The notes below the pieces were generated by a model. That model had not been told where the DNA came from. It did no database searches and worked only from the letters and a program-made list of their open reading frames with translations. 64,000 bases of DNA from Eledone cirrhosa (taxonomy: Eukaryota), in the NCBI GenBank assembly GCA_964016885.1, contig OZ024751.1:3534001-3598000 (forward strand). Direction: 5' to 3'. Positions 13,577-27,974 of the stretch are shown piece after piece (positions within the stretch are counted from its first letter, which is position 1; each line of letters starts with the position of its first letter). The position numbers and the translations under genes were made by a program.

Positions 13577-13842
13577 TATACACGCGTACATCAACATACA
13601 AAGAGACTTATATATACACACACACACACGCGCGCACTTCTCCGTATAAGACAAAAGCTGAAAAATATCTTTTGACATGCGAAAATACCCTCCATTGCTT
13701 TCAGACACATTCTTACTGACCATCCCTGCCACCACGAATTACTCTGCTATACACACACACACACACACTTATCTTAATAGCCATTTGACACACATCGCTG
13801 CTAACCATTATCACAACATCGAACACCTTACTACTACTACTA

Positions 13843-13902
<60 letters not shown>

Positions 13903-14260
13903 TTGTTGTGAAAGAGTCATTTCTCAATCTTGGCGCAAAACCAATTTTTTATTCACATGACCTCTACCGACCAATCAAAATTGTTTTGACCACAAGAATT
14001 TTTGCAAATTGGAGCCACTTTTTTAACATAAAAACAGGTAGAATTCCCAAAACTAATCAGATCAGAGCAAACAGCACGGACACTCTATCTCAAATTTATT
14101 TTTGAAAAGCATTTAGAAATGCGCAACCGGCAAAACTTAAAAACTTAAAACCACAACTGAATACTAACCCATACAATCACTAATACTCTTTTATTCCTAA
14201 TTAAACCATTTTTCAACTGTGAACAATTTGTCAGCATTTTCTATTCCGTTTACCAATATA
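10085..14260 (+). mobile_element. Penelope-like element (Cys-rich linker, Neptune-like) with ~600-700-bp inverted terminal copies
   Basis: RT (YGIPKVHK, TFDVVNLYSNI, GTAMGT, RYLDD); GIY-YIG (NLIYVLTCSGCREQYIGQT); 10085-10807 is the reverse complement of 13673-14260. Confidence 0.9.
11034..13199 (+). pseudogene. PLE RT/GIY-YIG ORF with frameshifts near 11270 and 12800
   Basis: ORFs 11034-11273, 11348-12808 and continuation to 13199. Confidence 0.85.
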
Positions 14261-14291
14261 TAATAACTTGTGTGTTACACCTCTATTCTTT

Positions 14292-14384
<93 letters not shown>

Positions 14385-14388
<4 letters not shown>

Positions 14389-14594
14389 GGAACACTGGAA
14401 GGTAATATCCGAGGTGGTAGAGCACTCAGTCCATGGGGCGAGTTAGGTAGAAGGGGTTACACAACAGTTAATCACCATACCGAGAACAATTGTTTCACCT
14501 TAGCGGATCCTCAGCTCGGAATCTTTCCGAGCTGAGGATCCGCTAAGGTGAAACAATTGTTCTTCGTATGGTGAACTAACTGTTGTGTAACCAC

Positions 14595-14598
<4 letters not shown>
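14385..14598. repeat. Fold-back pseudo-LTR hairpin with two back-to-back HHRs (14480-14519 minus, 14527-14566 plus); same family as 56254-57249
   Basis: ccgag-CTGAGGA-tccgctaaggt-GAAA-caattg-TT-ctcgg; loop at 14522-14524. Confidence 0.85.
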
Positions 14599-14654
<56 letters not shown>

Positions 14655-14667
14655 ATATATATATATG

Positions 14668-15075
14668 CATATGAATGTATATATAGTGTATTTCGTAATA
14701 TACTGTATGCTTAATTAAAAGCATTTTGAAGACCTTACGCTATTGTTTTAAAGTAGTGACTATGTCACTTCTTTTTTCAACAAACAAAGGGAGATAAGCT
14801 GACTGATCTGTTTCATACTGTTGGTATTCCTCAGAGCTTAGCACTCCATTTGTTTGTTGTGAATTATAAATGTTGGATTCTTATAGAATTCCAGTAATAA
14901 TCATGAACTGACTATACAGAGCGGTTGCCGGTCCAGCAAAGATTGAAAATTAGAATTGGTGCTCTGAAATAGCGATGTATATATGAATGTATATATAGTG
15001 TATTTGGTAATACACTGTATGCTGAATTAAAAGCATTTTGAAGACCTTATGCTATTGTTTTAAAGTAGTGATTAT
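14668..15075 (-). mobile_element. Non-coding 312-bp unit (1.3 tandem copies) with a canonical HHR; retrozyme or solo pLTR candidate
   Basis: ~95-bp direct repeat at 14671 and 14983; HHR at 14795-14840. Confidence 0.7.
14795..14840 (-). ncRNA. Type-I hammerhead ribozyme, GUC site
   Basis: taagct-CTGAGGA-atac caaca gtat-GAAA-cagatcag-TC-agctta; perfect 6-bp stem I and 4-bp stem II. Confidence 0.85.
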
Positions 15076-15245
15076 ATGCATATATATATATATATTGATA
15101 CATATATATGTATATATATATGTATATATAGTAATAATAATAAATTTGAAGACTAAAATCCCAAGAGGGCTCTACGGCTCTTATATATCAGATATATAAG
15201 AACCGTAGAACAAATATTTATTAAAATAACAGATTAAAGTTCAAG

Positions 15246-15283
<38 letters not shown>

Positions 15284-15765
15284 GTTGTGTATAATGGTAG
15301 ATATGGTGCTTCCATAGGCGGTATGCCAAAATTAGCACTCGATATTTACCAGAGTAGAGTGTAGATAGTATAAAGAAAACGAAAAATCAGTGATGCATCT
15401 GGACTTAATTTATTGCGTGTTATATATATATATATTGATATTGATATATATATATGTATATATATATTGATTATTATTAATATTATTCGAAAAACTCAGA
15501 TTACATTTATTGTATTCAGCCACGTAGAGCGAAAATCTTTTTTTATTGTTTGAATATGGCAAATCCGCTATTTCATCGCTCGTATACAGGATACTGACTG
15601 GCCAATCTGCTGATATGCAAATCTGGCTGTTCAGTGGATCTGCAAATATGCAGATCTGACTGATCAGCCAGTCTGCTAATATGCAAATCAGGCCAGCCAG
15701 TCACTGTATATTTTAGAAAATATATATTTTCACTAGCTCTGATAGTTGGCAGGTGAACAGTGCAC

Positions 15766-15807
15766 TGTACTGATGAAAGGCAATACCCAGAAACATTAGT
15801 GTCTACA
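15766..15807 (+). ncRNA. Type-I hammerhead ribozyme downstream of a ~33-bp minisatellite (15590-15700)
   Basis: tgta-CTGATGA-aagg caata ccca-GAAA-cattagtg-TC-taca; stem II weak. Confidence 0.65.
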
Positions 15808-16001
15808 TTCTGTTTATATGCCAACACAAGAGCAAGAATGAGGGGTTAATTCTACTGACATGGCTTTAAAAATGAGGCTTGTTTGCATAATTGCAAATGA
15901 ATCGAATATTATTATTAATATTCAAAAAATGTATATATATATATTGATATATATAATGTATAGATATATAGTAATATCTATATATATAGATATATAGTAA
16001 T

Positions 16002-18063
<2,062 letters not shown>

Positions 18064-18098
18064 TATATATATATATACAGTATATATATATATATACA

Positions 18099-18899
<801 letters not shown>

Positions 18900-18910
<11 letters not shown>

Positions 18911-21900
18911 AAGAATGAATAATAACAGGTAGACATCATAAAAAGGTAGTTTATTCCGTGTGCTTACAAGTGTTTCCACGGTGGTACTGCAGCCTAGTTC
19001 CGCTACGTGCAAATTCACAAGTATTTGCAGAACTCGAATATCCAATGCTGTGACCACTGTTTCCTCAGAGCAGAATGGTAAATATACAATGTAAAAACCC
19101 TTAAGTGGGGTTGTTGGGGAAGATAGAGTGGAACAGGAAGAGAGAAAAGTAGGGAAGATGGAGAGAGAAGGAAAGATATGCAGGGGTTGGAGAAGTAGGA
19201 GAGAGTGGCTTGTAGATATCTTAATCAAAATGTTATGGTAGGGGTTTTATTAGTTACTTTTGGAGAGATGCGTAGATAGTTGAGGTCGGAATTATTTATT
19301 GCCCCAGAGGTCAAGTTCATAGATGTTGAGAGGGAGGTAGGTCAAAGGTGAGAGAGAGAGAGTGTAATGGATGTAGAGAGAGATATATAGGTAGAGAGGG
19401 GACAGATAAAGTATATGTGGTGAGTGAACTTTTGGTTTTGTAGTAGTAATCTAGGAATTGTACTGAGTTACCATGTATAGTGATAAGCAGTGTATTGTCT
19501 TGTAGTGTGGGGGAGAAGAGAAGGTTGTTAGCTAGAAAGTGGTGTTGTAGTTACGGGTTCGAATGTTAAGTTATTTTATAGTGAGAGAATTTAGCTTTTA
19601 GTTTGTGGTTGCAGTATAATGATCGTTCAATTCTATCGTTAAGTAGTTTGTTTTTGGATTTTAGTATGTAAAATAGCTCAAGGTTACATAACCTGCAGTA
19701 CTTCAAACCACTCCGATATGCATTTGCGCTGGAAAGTATATCCCATTTTAAGGTGAACTGTTGGTTGTGTTCACGGAGTTGCCAGGTCTTGTTGGCGAGC
19801 GTGGTCACAAAACGGTGATTCTGATGTTTGATTGAGAATCGATGACGGTACCAGCGAGATTTAAACGATGTGGTGGTAGATCCGATATAATACCATTTCT
19901 GGTCGTCCGATTCAACCGTGCATTGGTAAACAATGTTGGACTTTAGGCATTCATTCTGCAATGGACATCTTTCAGGTAGATGGCAGTTACATGCTTTGTT
20001 GTGGGTAGCGGGTATACCATGGATAGGTTGTGATAGCGGTACAGGTGGGTTGTGCAATATCCGTCTCCCATTTAGTGGTTGGGAGGCAGATATTGCGTTC
20101 TGCCCACCTGTTACTAAAATGTTTTGTTTTGTAGAGTTGTTTAATTGCCTTAAGTTAAGTTTTTTTATGTATGCTTCAAGGTTTGGTGCCGTGGAGTATG
20201 ATAGTCTAATAGTTTTGGAGTTCAGAATTTTGCTGTACTTATGGGAACTAGGGAAGTGTTTATTGATTAATTTAAAGAATGAAAGAGATAGTTTTGTACT
20301 AATCGAGGCATTAAAAATAGGATTATACCAGATATACTTTCTACAACGTGATTTATTTGGTGGTGAACTTCTATTATTAGTATGTCTGGTAGTATAGTGT
20401 GTGTGTGCTTGTGTTTTAGTCCCCCGGTTACGTATACCTTGATTACGTGTAGAGCTATGTGTGTTGTGGAAATTACTATCGATGTATTCTATTGTATCCC
20501 GGTGGTCAGCATTCCTTAATGCATTATTGTAGTATTCAGCATGTTCGCTAAAAATATCAGAGTTAGACGATAGGCGAGAGATTCTAAGAGAAATACTCCG
20601 GGGAACTGATTTGATCATGGAGAGTGGGTGGTTAGAGTTAAAGTTAATATACGTAAGGTTCTCATTTACCTTGTGGAAGGGTCGTATCTGTCCGGTATTT
20701 AAATTAAGAGTTACGTCCAGAAAGTTTACTACCTTAAGATTGTATTCGTATGTTATTTTTAGGCCCAGTTCACTAAAAGATTTTCTAATATTTTTCCGTA
20801 GCCTTTCAAGATTTTGGTTATTCAAGTTATTAACTAATAAGAGCCCGTCATCTCTATATATCCCCCCCCCCCTGTAGATTACTAAATCTACTATGTAATA
20901 TGTGGGCTATGTAAATTCCCACGAGATCCGTGACCTCCGCCGAGTCGTTGGAACCCATGGTAATATCGAAATTTGTGGGTCTGTCCTTACGTTCCCAGTA
21001 GCAGTTATCGAATTTAATAATGGTTTTTCTAGCCTCGAGAATAATATTAATTTCTTCCTCCGTTAGGTCGGAATTGGCCTTAGCAAACGATAGGGCCTTA
21101 CGTAAAGTGCTTGGTGAGATGGAAGAGTAGTATTCGTCTATGTCAAATTGTATAAACTTAGATTTATTCTTATTCTTAACATTATTAAACCAGCGAATTG
21201 CTTCGCTAGTGTTGCCCCATAATTTAATTTCAATTTTCTTTTTCACTTGAGTTATTACTCTGTCAAGTATATGTTTACTAATTTTCCCTATGTCTGATTT
21301 AGAAGGGCATATAAGTCTAATCTTAGGGTTAGAGTCAAAATTTACCTTATGGTCCTTCAGGTTGAAGGTGGGGGTAGCGGGTATAATCGGCTCGGTTCTA
21401 TCGTCTATCTTGAGATTCTTTATCACTTTGTATGCCTCGTTGTTAATATTTGCTAGCGTAGTTTCATTTGTTTTTCTATATTTTTTGTGTAGTTCGTTGC
21501 GTATGAAGTTATTATACGTATCGATATCCATGGTATACACGTTAGAAGTCTTGTCAGCTTTCACAACAATTCCATTGGTATTTTGCAATCTTCGGAGTAG
21601 TGCTTTCATGTTGTTCTGCAGCTCATTATTTCTATGTCTGTTGAACTTAATGTTCATGGTAGTTTTCAATAAGTCCTGTTCGAAAGCTTCGAGGTGAGGG
21701 TTTGTAGGTGGGTTTTTACATGATTTAAAACCATATGATTCAGACGAGTGATTGGCGCGTCCTTTATCGAAGTGGAAAGCTTTCCATCGTACACGCCGAA
21801 TGAAGTCGTTACTGCGTTGAATCATACTGAGAATATATTCCCTTTTGTTAGGTATAGGTATGTTTTTAAGTGACATACCTATATGATGCCTTTCCATATT

Positions 21901-22180
21901 AATGCCGTGTGTCGATGTGGTTGCTCAACTATGTAGGAGACGATTATTAGATATAGGATTATCCAAGATGCAGTGATGGTTAATTACTACACTGGATATG
22001 GTTGACGTACGGTAAGAGGTTACTCTACGAGTTATGGAAGAGTTGTTCAAGAAACTTAGTTCCTGATCCTTCAGTATTCCGGAGTGTCCATAACTCGTAG
22101 AGTAACCTCTTACCGTACGTCAACCATATCCAGTGTAGTAATTAACCATCACTGCATCTTGGATAATCCTATACCTAATA
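18900..22180 (-). mobile_element. Near full-length PLE (SLKNIP/KDHK type, Hydra-group-like) with a single frameshift
   Basis: ORFs 20854-21897 and 19566-20825 join at a G run in GGIYRDD; IQFDI, GIY-YIG-like IVY...YYIGS; HHR plus AATAAA at the 3' end; inverted copy 21944-22036/22086-22180. Confidence 0.92.
18961..19072 (-). ncRNA. Hammerhead ribozyme with ~85-nt extended stem II
   Basis: tgct-CTGAGGA-[acagtggt...accaccgt]-GAAA-cacttg-TA-agca, then AATAAA. Confidence 0.7.
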
Positions 22181-22233
22181 TATATTTATATATATATATA
22201 CATATATATATTTATTTATATTTATATATATAT

Positions 22234-22316
<83 letters not shown>

Positions 22317-22499
22317 GCTTAGATAGCAGAACGTATGTGTGAAAAAAAAAAAAACACACCCATACTATGTATTACTTGTGACATCGAAACACGGAATTAG
22401 ATGTATATTACTGTGGGTGATTGTGAATAGTATAATACCGAAATCTGGAGCACTACTTATATGAGGATTTCGATTTGAACACCGGCTCATAACATATAG

Positions 22500-23895
22500 T
22501 ACCATACGTTATGATACGTACATGTGGATGTATGAACAGGACTGGAATACCATCTATGAAGGATATATATATATATACATATGTCTATATATGTTGTGAC
22601 ATTTAGTGAGTTACCATCTACTGAGGATATATATATTTTTTTTTGTTCGCCTTGCCGGATATGCCTCAAACATTGTTTAAACCATGTATGAACTGTCTGT
22701 TATGAATTTCTCGTTGTGAATTGACTGCTCCTGCTTCTTCTATACACTTACCCTGCCTTGCTTGTGTTCCTGCTTCTGCCTGTGCTGTACCCATCCTTAT
22801 ACAGGACTAACACCTCTTATCCGCACAGCTCCACTATCTTATGGTTACCCTAACCGTGCTGAATTTGGAGAATACTAAATCCCCGCTGAACCTTATTGCC
22901 ATACTTTAAGCGCTAAATGGCACTTCTCTATGACACCCCGATGGATGCCTAGTCATATCGTAATTTATCTGCTGGATACCCCTACTTCGACAACTGTAAC
23001 ATTCGAGTGCACTGTGGCTCACCCTGTGAAACTATAGGACACAAGACTCTTTGTCATGGGAAATCATCTGGCCTATATCTATTCGACTGTGACCAATGCA
23101 TGCTTCCTCTCCTTGCGTTTGTGTGCCTCATATGCATCTATGCCTTCCCCTCTCTCTTAATTATTTTGTTAAATATATATTTTTTAATGATTATTTTTAA
23201 TTAGTTTTTAATTAGTTTTTAATGTCGATTTTTTAATTTTTTTTTTATTTATTTTTTTTTAAATTATTGTTTGTAATTATTTTTTAATTATTTTTAATTA
23301 TTATATCTTTTTGATATATATTTTTTAAATATATTTTTTTAATATATTTTTTAATATATGTTTTAAATATATATATTTTTTAATATCTTTTTAATTTTTT
23401 TAATTATTTTTAATAATTTTTTATTTTTTTATTTTTTTTATTATTGTTTAATTAATTATTATTATTATATTTTATTTTTTATTTTTTTATTTTTTATTTT
23501 TATTTTTTATTATTTTTATTTTTTATTTTTTATTTATTTTATTTATTTTAAAATTATTTTTGAGTATTCTTTCTTTTTTCTTTTTTCTTTATTGCCTTGA
23601 CTGATTCCTTCACATGCACCTATCTCTTGTGTGATTACTTCAGTTTATTTTATTTTTCCTTATTTTTTCCTTACTCTGACTAACAACCTTATGTATCATC
23701 TCCATTCTCACTATTATCCTATGATCCTGTACCATATATCTATTGTTCCTATGATGTAGGTCGGTAGAGCTTATCTTCATTATTGTATTTTTGTTTTCAA
23801 TTATCTGATGAGTCCTGCCCCATGGTATGGATGAAACACTGTCAGCGAATAAAAATTGATTGATGTTATAAGCGCTCTTTGTTTTCTCTTACTAT
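22500..23895 (+). mobile_element. Highly decayed PLE 3' region ending in an HHR-like core (23805-23843) plus AATAAA
   Basis: CTGATGA-gtcc...ggat-GAAA-cact-GTC; T-rich 3' UTR as in neighbouring PLEs. Confidence 0.45.
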
Positions 23896-24137
23896 ATATA
23901 ATTATATATACATATATATATATATATTAATATATATATATTAATATATATATATATATATTTCAATACACCCACACACACACACACATATATATATATG
24001 TCCAGAAATAGCCGTCGAAACGGCTTGAGCTCTGACGTCAGGGTCATACTTTTTTCCTATTTCCCACACTACTACCCTAAGTATTGAGTACGCTGGTGCG
24101 TTATGGTCCATCTGGTTCCTTACCACAATTCCTTTGT

Positions 24138-24167
<30 letters not shown>

Positions 24168-24173
<6 letters not shown>

Positions 24174-24909
24174 GATTTGAATGGATACAGTTTAGTTGAA
24201 AGGAATTTATTGACACGTGTTTCTATAACAGTTACATAACCTAAAACAGCTATCTACAAACTTTTAGTTATGCAGACATTCAATATTTCAATGTTATTAT
24301 TTACTGTCATTTCATCAGAATAATATTACTGAGGACCTATTTAGTTTTTATAGAGAATATTAGGAGGGAGGGGAGAAGTTGTTAGAAGAATAGTTGAAGG
24401 AGTGGTTTTTCGATAGCAGTGAGAATTCTTGGTGGCAGTGAGTAATTAGATTCCCATCTGTTGTTTTGACATTTTTTATAGAATATATTATTGGTTATTT
24501 TTCTAAATCTATAGAAGGATTAGAGATAGTGAAGATATGCGTGGTTGGTTTTGTGTTTGCACTTAATTAACATTCAGACTTAAATTTTTCTTTCAAGTGT
24601 ACGTATCCTTTCACCCACGCATTCACACACAAATATATTTGCACACCTCTACAAAATACATATACACACAATTCACATATTCATACTTACATATATATAC
24701 ACATGCATACACATATATATACACACATGTATTCATGTACATACATACGCGCTCATGTGTATACATTTTCATACTCAACTTATCTTTATATACACACGTA
24801 TAGACACACACATATATACATACATACTCTAGTCCATGTGTACACACATACACATACATACACATCCATATACACATATATACATACACATATATACATA
24901 CATATATAC

Positions 24910-24986
<77 letters not shown>

Positions 24987-27948
24987 CATATACATACATA
25001 CACAAACATACATATACACACATATACATATATATATATATATAAGCACTTTAATACATGAATACACTTACATCTAACTATACACATCAAACATATATAT
25101 ATATTTACTTATATACATTTTCACATATATATACATACTTATGGACGTTTTTAGACACATTCATTATCGCATATTTGTACCTATTCTCATCAGCATATCT
25201 TTTCATTATTAGTATGGTAATTTAAGGTTATTAATATATGTTGAGAAGAGATTGTTTTTATATTTTTCTAACTAGATTAAGGTTTATATAGTTGGGGGAT
25301 GTCCCTCTTTTATGTAATATTCGGCTTGTAGTGGGAAAAAAGGGTTTTAGTTCTGTGACGGCAGAATAATGTTCGTTCAATTCTGTTATTCAGCAGTTTC
25401 TTCTTGTGTGTGATTATGTAATAAATCTCAAGATTACACAATTTGCAGAAATTTTGGCTCCTGGAAAAGCTTTGGGTTTTAGCTAATTTTTCCCATTTTA
25501 GGGTAAACTTTTGATCGCTATCCCTGAGCGTCCAAGCTTTTTCTGCTAGAGTTGTTACATTTCTTTGGCTCTGGTGTTTTATTGAGTAAGAATGCCTATA
25601 CAATCGAGATTTAAACGATGTTGCCGTTGATCCCACGTAATACCACTCGTTGCCTCCGGATTTAATGGTACACTTATAAATAATATTTTTTTCCAGGCAG
25701 TTATTGCCGAGGGGGCAGTTGTCAGGATAGGTGCAGTTACAGTTGTGTACGTTGGGTTTTCTCTGGAGTAGTATTGCGGACGAACTTAGGTGTGGTTTAT
25801 TTATGTTCTGTAGTGTATTGTCTACTGTTTTTTTTGTGTTCTTTGTACTTAAGTTCTTAGTGTTTTCGTTTAACCTTCTAGTATTGATCTTTTTTATGTG
25901 TTGTTCAAGGTTTAACGCTGTAGAGTATGACAGTCCTATAGTGGTAGGGTTTAGGATTTTGTGATATTTGTGTGATGTGGGAAAATGTCTTTTAATTATT
26001 TTAAAGAAGAGTACTGGTAAATTTGTACTAATGGAGCTATTGTATTCGGGGTTATACCATAAGTACTCTTTGCATCGCTTTCTATTAGTTTTGTTTGTTG
26101 GTTTACTGGTGTGCATACTATGGTAGTAAGTGTGGTTTGGTGTTGTGTTATTATATCTACCTATGTGGGATTTATTTTGGGTGTTTTGATTGTTCCCATC
26201 TATGTACTCTATTTTGTTGAGGTAGCCTGCTTTACTAAGGGCGTTATCGTAGTACTCGGCGTGTTCCTTAAATACTTGTATGTTAGAAGATAGACCCGAG
26301 ATTCTAAGGGAAATATTTTTAGGGATAGATTTAATTATAGAGATGGGGTGGTTAGACCCAACATTTACGTATTTGAGATTTTCATTCAATTTATGAAACG
26401 GTTTAATCAAACCAGAGTTTAAATTGAGTGTGACATCCAGGAAGTTAACTACTTTAAGGTTGTATTCATATGTTATAGTTAGTCCTATTTCGAGTAGTAG
26501 TTTTCTTATATCTTTGCGTAGTTTTTCTAGTTTTTGGTTATTAAGGTTTTTAGCTAGGAGGAGAACATCGTCGCGGTATATTCCGCCGTGGAGATTGCTG
26601 AATTTTTCCTGGAGTCTAAAGGCGATAAATAACCCCACAATATCAGTTATTTCCGCCGAATCGTTAGAGCCCATTGTTATGTCAAAGTTAGAGGGTCTAT
26701 CTTTACGTACCCAATAACTGTTCTCAAATTTGACTATAGTTTTCCTAGCTTCTAATATAATCTTAATTTCATCGTTTGTAAGGTCAGAGTTATCCTTAGC
26801 AAACTTAATGGCTCTATTCAAAGTTTCAGGTGATATCGATGAGTAATATTCATCGATATCAAACTGGATAAACTTAGATTTATTCTTATTGCTAATGCTA
26901 TTAAACCATCTTATTGCTTCTTGGGTCTTCCCCCAGAGTTTAATGTTAACCTTAGCCTTAATTTGGGGGATGATTCTATCTAAGATATATTTGCTTATTT
27001 TACCTATATCTGATTTAGAGGGGCAGATTAATCTAATTTTAGGGTCATTATCAAAGTTTACCTTGTCGTCCTTAAGATTGAAGGTGGGTACCGCCGGTAA
27101 GAGTGGTCCTGTCCTATCTTCGATTCCGAGATTTTTCACTATTTCGCATGCCTCATCATTGATGTGCTTAAGGGTTACTTCACTCGTTTTTCTATATTTT
27201 TTATGTAATTCTTTTCGAATGAAGTTGTTGTATGTAGTGCAATCCATAGTGTACAGGTTTGATGTTTTGTCCGCTTTTACTACAATTCCTTTGGTGTTTT
27301 TAAGGTCGTCCAGTAGTTTTTTTATATCTTTCTGTAATTTGCTGTTGGTGTTGCGTCCTTTGAATTTAATTTTAAGGATTAAGTTCATAAGGTCCTGCTC
27401 AAATGCATCTAATAGTGGGTTGGTGGGTGGGTTTTTACAAGTCCTAAAACCGAATTTGTTGTTTACACCACTTTCTAATGTTGAGTTCATACGGCTTCTA
27501 TCATAGTGGAGCGTTTTCCACCTGACACGTCGAATGAATTCATTAGTTTTTTGAATCATGCTCAATAAATATTCCTTTCTACCCTGGGTTGGTATGTTTT
27601 TGAGTGACATATCCAGGTAGTGTTTTTCCATTGTTGTGGTTGCGTTTGCTGTGTGGGTTGCTCGACTTTACAGGAGGTAAATATACAGTATTTTCCGTTG
27701 TGTTGTAATATAAATATTACACACAGTAGATTATCAGCTCACGTAGAGTTTGCTCGACGGTTCCAGTTGTAGTTCCAAAAGTAATCCGGAGAAAAATAGA
27801 AAGATTTGAATGGATACAGTTTAGTTGAAAGGAATTTATTGACACGTGTTTCTATAACAGTTACATAACCTAAAACAGCTATCTACAAACTTTTAGTTAT
27901 GCAGACATTCAATATTTCAATGTTATTATTTACTGTCATTTCATCAGA
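24168..27948 (-). mobile_element. Complete PLE with partial tandem pseudo-LTR
   Basis: ~150-bp direct repeats 24168-24319 and 27797-27948, each with CTGATGA-aatg...catt-GAAA on minus; intact ORF; (TA)n flanks. Confidence 0.95.
25310..27631 (-). CDS. PLE reverse transcriptase + GIY-YIG endonuclease, 773 aa, uninterrupted
   Basis: SLKNIP, KADKT, IQFDIDEYY, ITMGS, GIYRDD, NFLDVTL, CNC..CPL..C, IIYKC...YYVGST, CKLC, FCRH. Confidence 0.93.
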   Translation of the reverse strand: MEKHYLDMSLKNIPTQGRKEYLLSMIQKTNEFIRRVRWKTLHYDRSRMNSTLESGVNNKFGFRTCKNPPTNPLLDAFEQDLMNLILKIKFKGRNTNSKLQKDIKKLLDDLKNTKGIVVKADKTSNLYTMDCTTYNNFIRKELHKKYRKTSEVTLKHINDEACEIVKNLGIEDRTGPLLPAVPTFNLKDDKVNFDNDPKIRLICPSKSDIGKISKYILDRIIPQIKAKVNIKLWGKTQEAIRWFNSISNKNKSKFIQFDIDEYYSSISPETLNRAIKFAKDNSDLTNDEIKIILEARKTIVKFENSYWVRKDRPSNFDITMGSNDSAEITDIVGLFIAFRLQEKFSNLHGGIYRDDVLLLAKNLNNQKLEKLRKDIRKLLLEIGLTITYEYNLKVVNFLDVTLNLNSGLIKPFHKLNENLKYVNVGSNHPISIIKSIPKNISLRISGLSSNIQVFKEHAEYYDNALSKAGYLNKIEYIDGNNQNTQNKSHIGRYNNTTPNHTYYHSMHTSKPTNKTNRKRCKEYLWYNPEYNSSISTNLPVLFFKIIKRHFPTSHKYHKILNPTTIGLSYSTALNLEQHIKKINTRRLNENTKNLSTKNTKKTVDNTLQNINKPHLSSSAILLQRKPNVHNCNCTYPDNCPLGNNCLEKNIIYKCTIKSGGNEWYYVGSTATSFKSRLYRHSYSIKHQSQRNVTTLAEKAWTLRDSDQKFTLKWEKLAKTQSFSRSQNFCKLCNLEIYYIITHKKKLLNNRIERTLFCRHRTKTLFSHYKPNIT

Positions 27949-27974
27949 TATATATATATGTACATATATATCAA

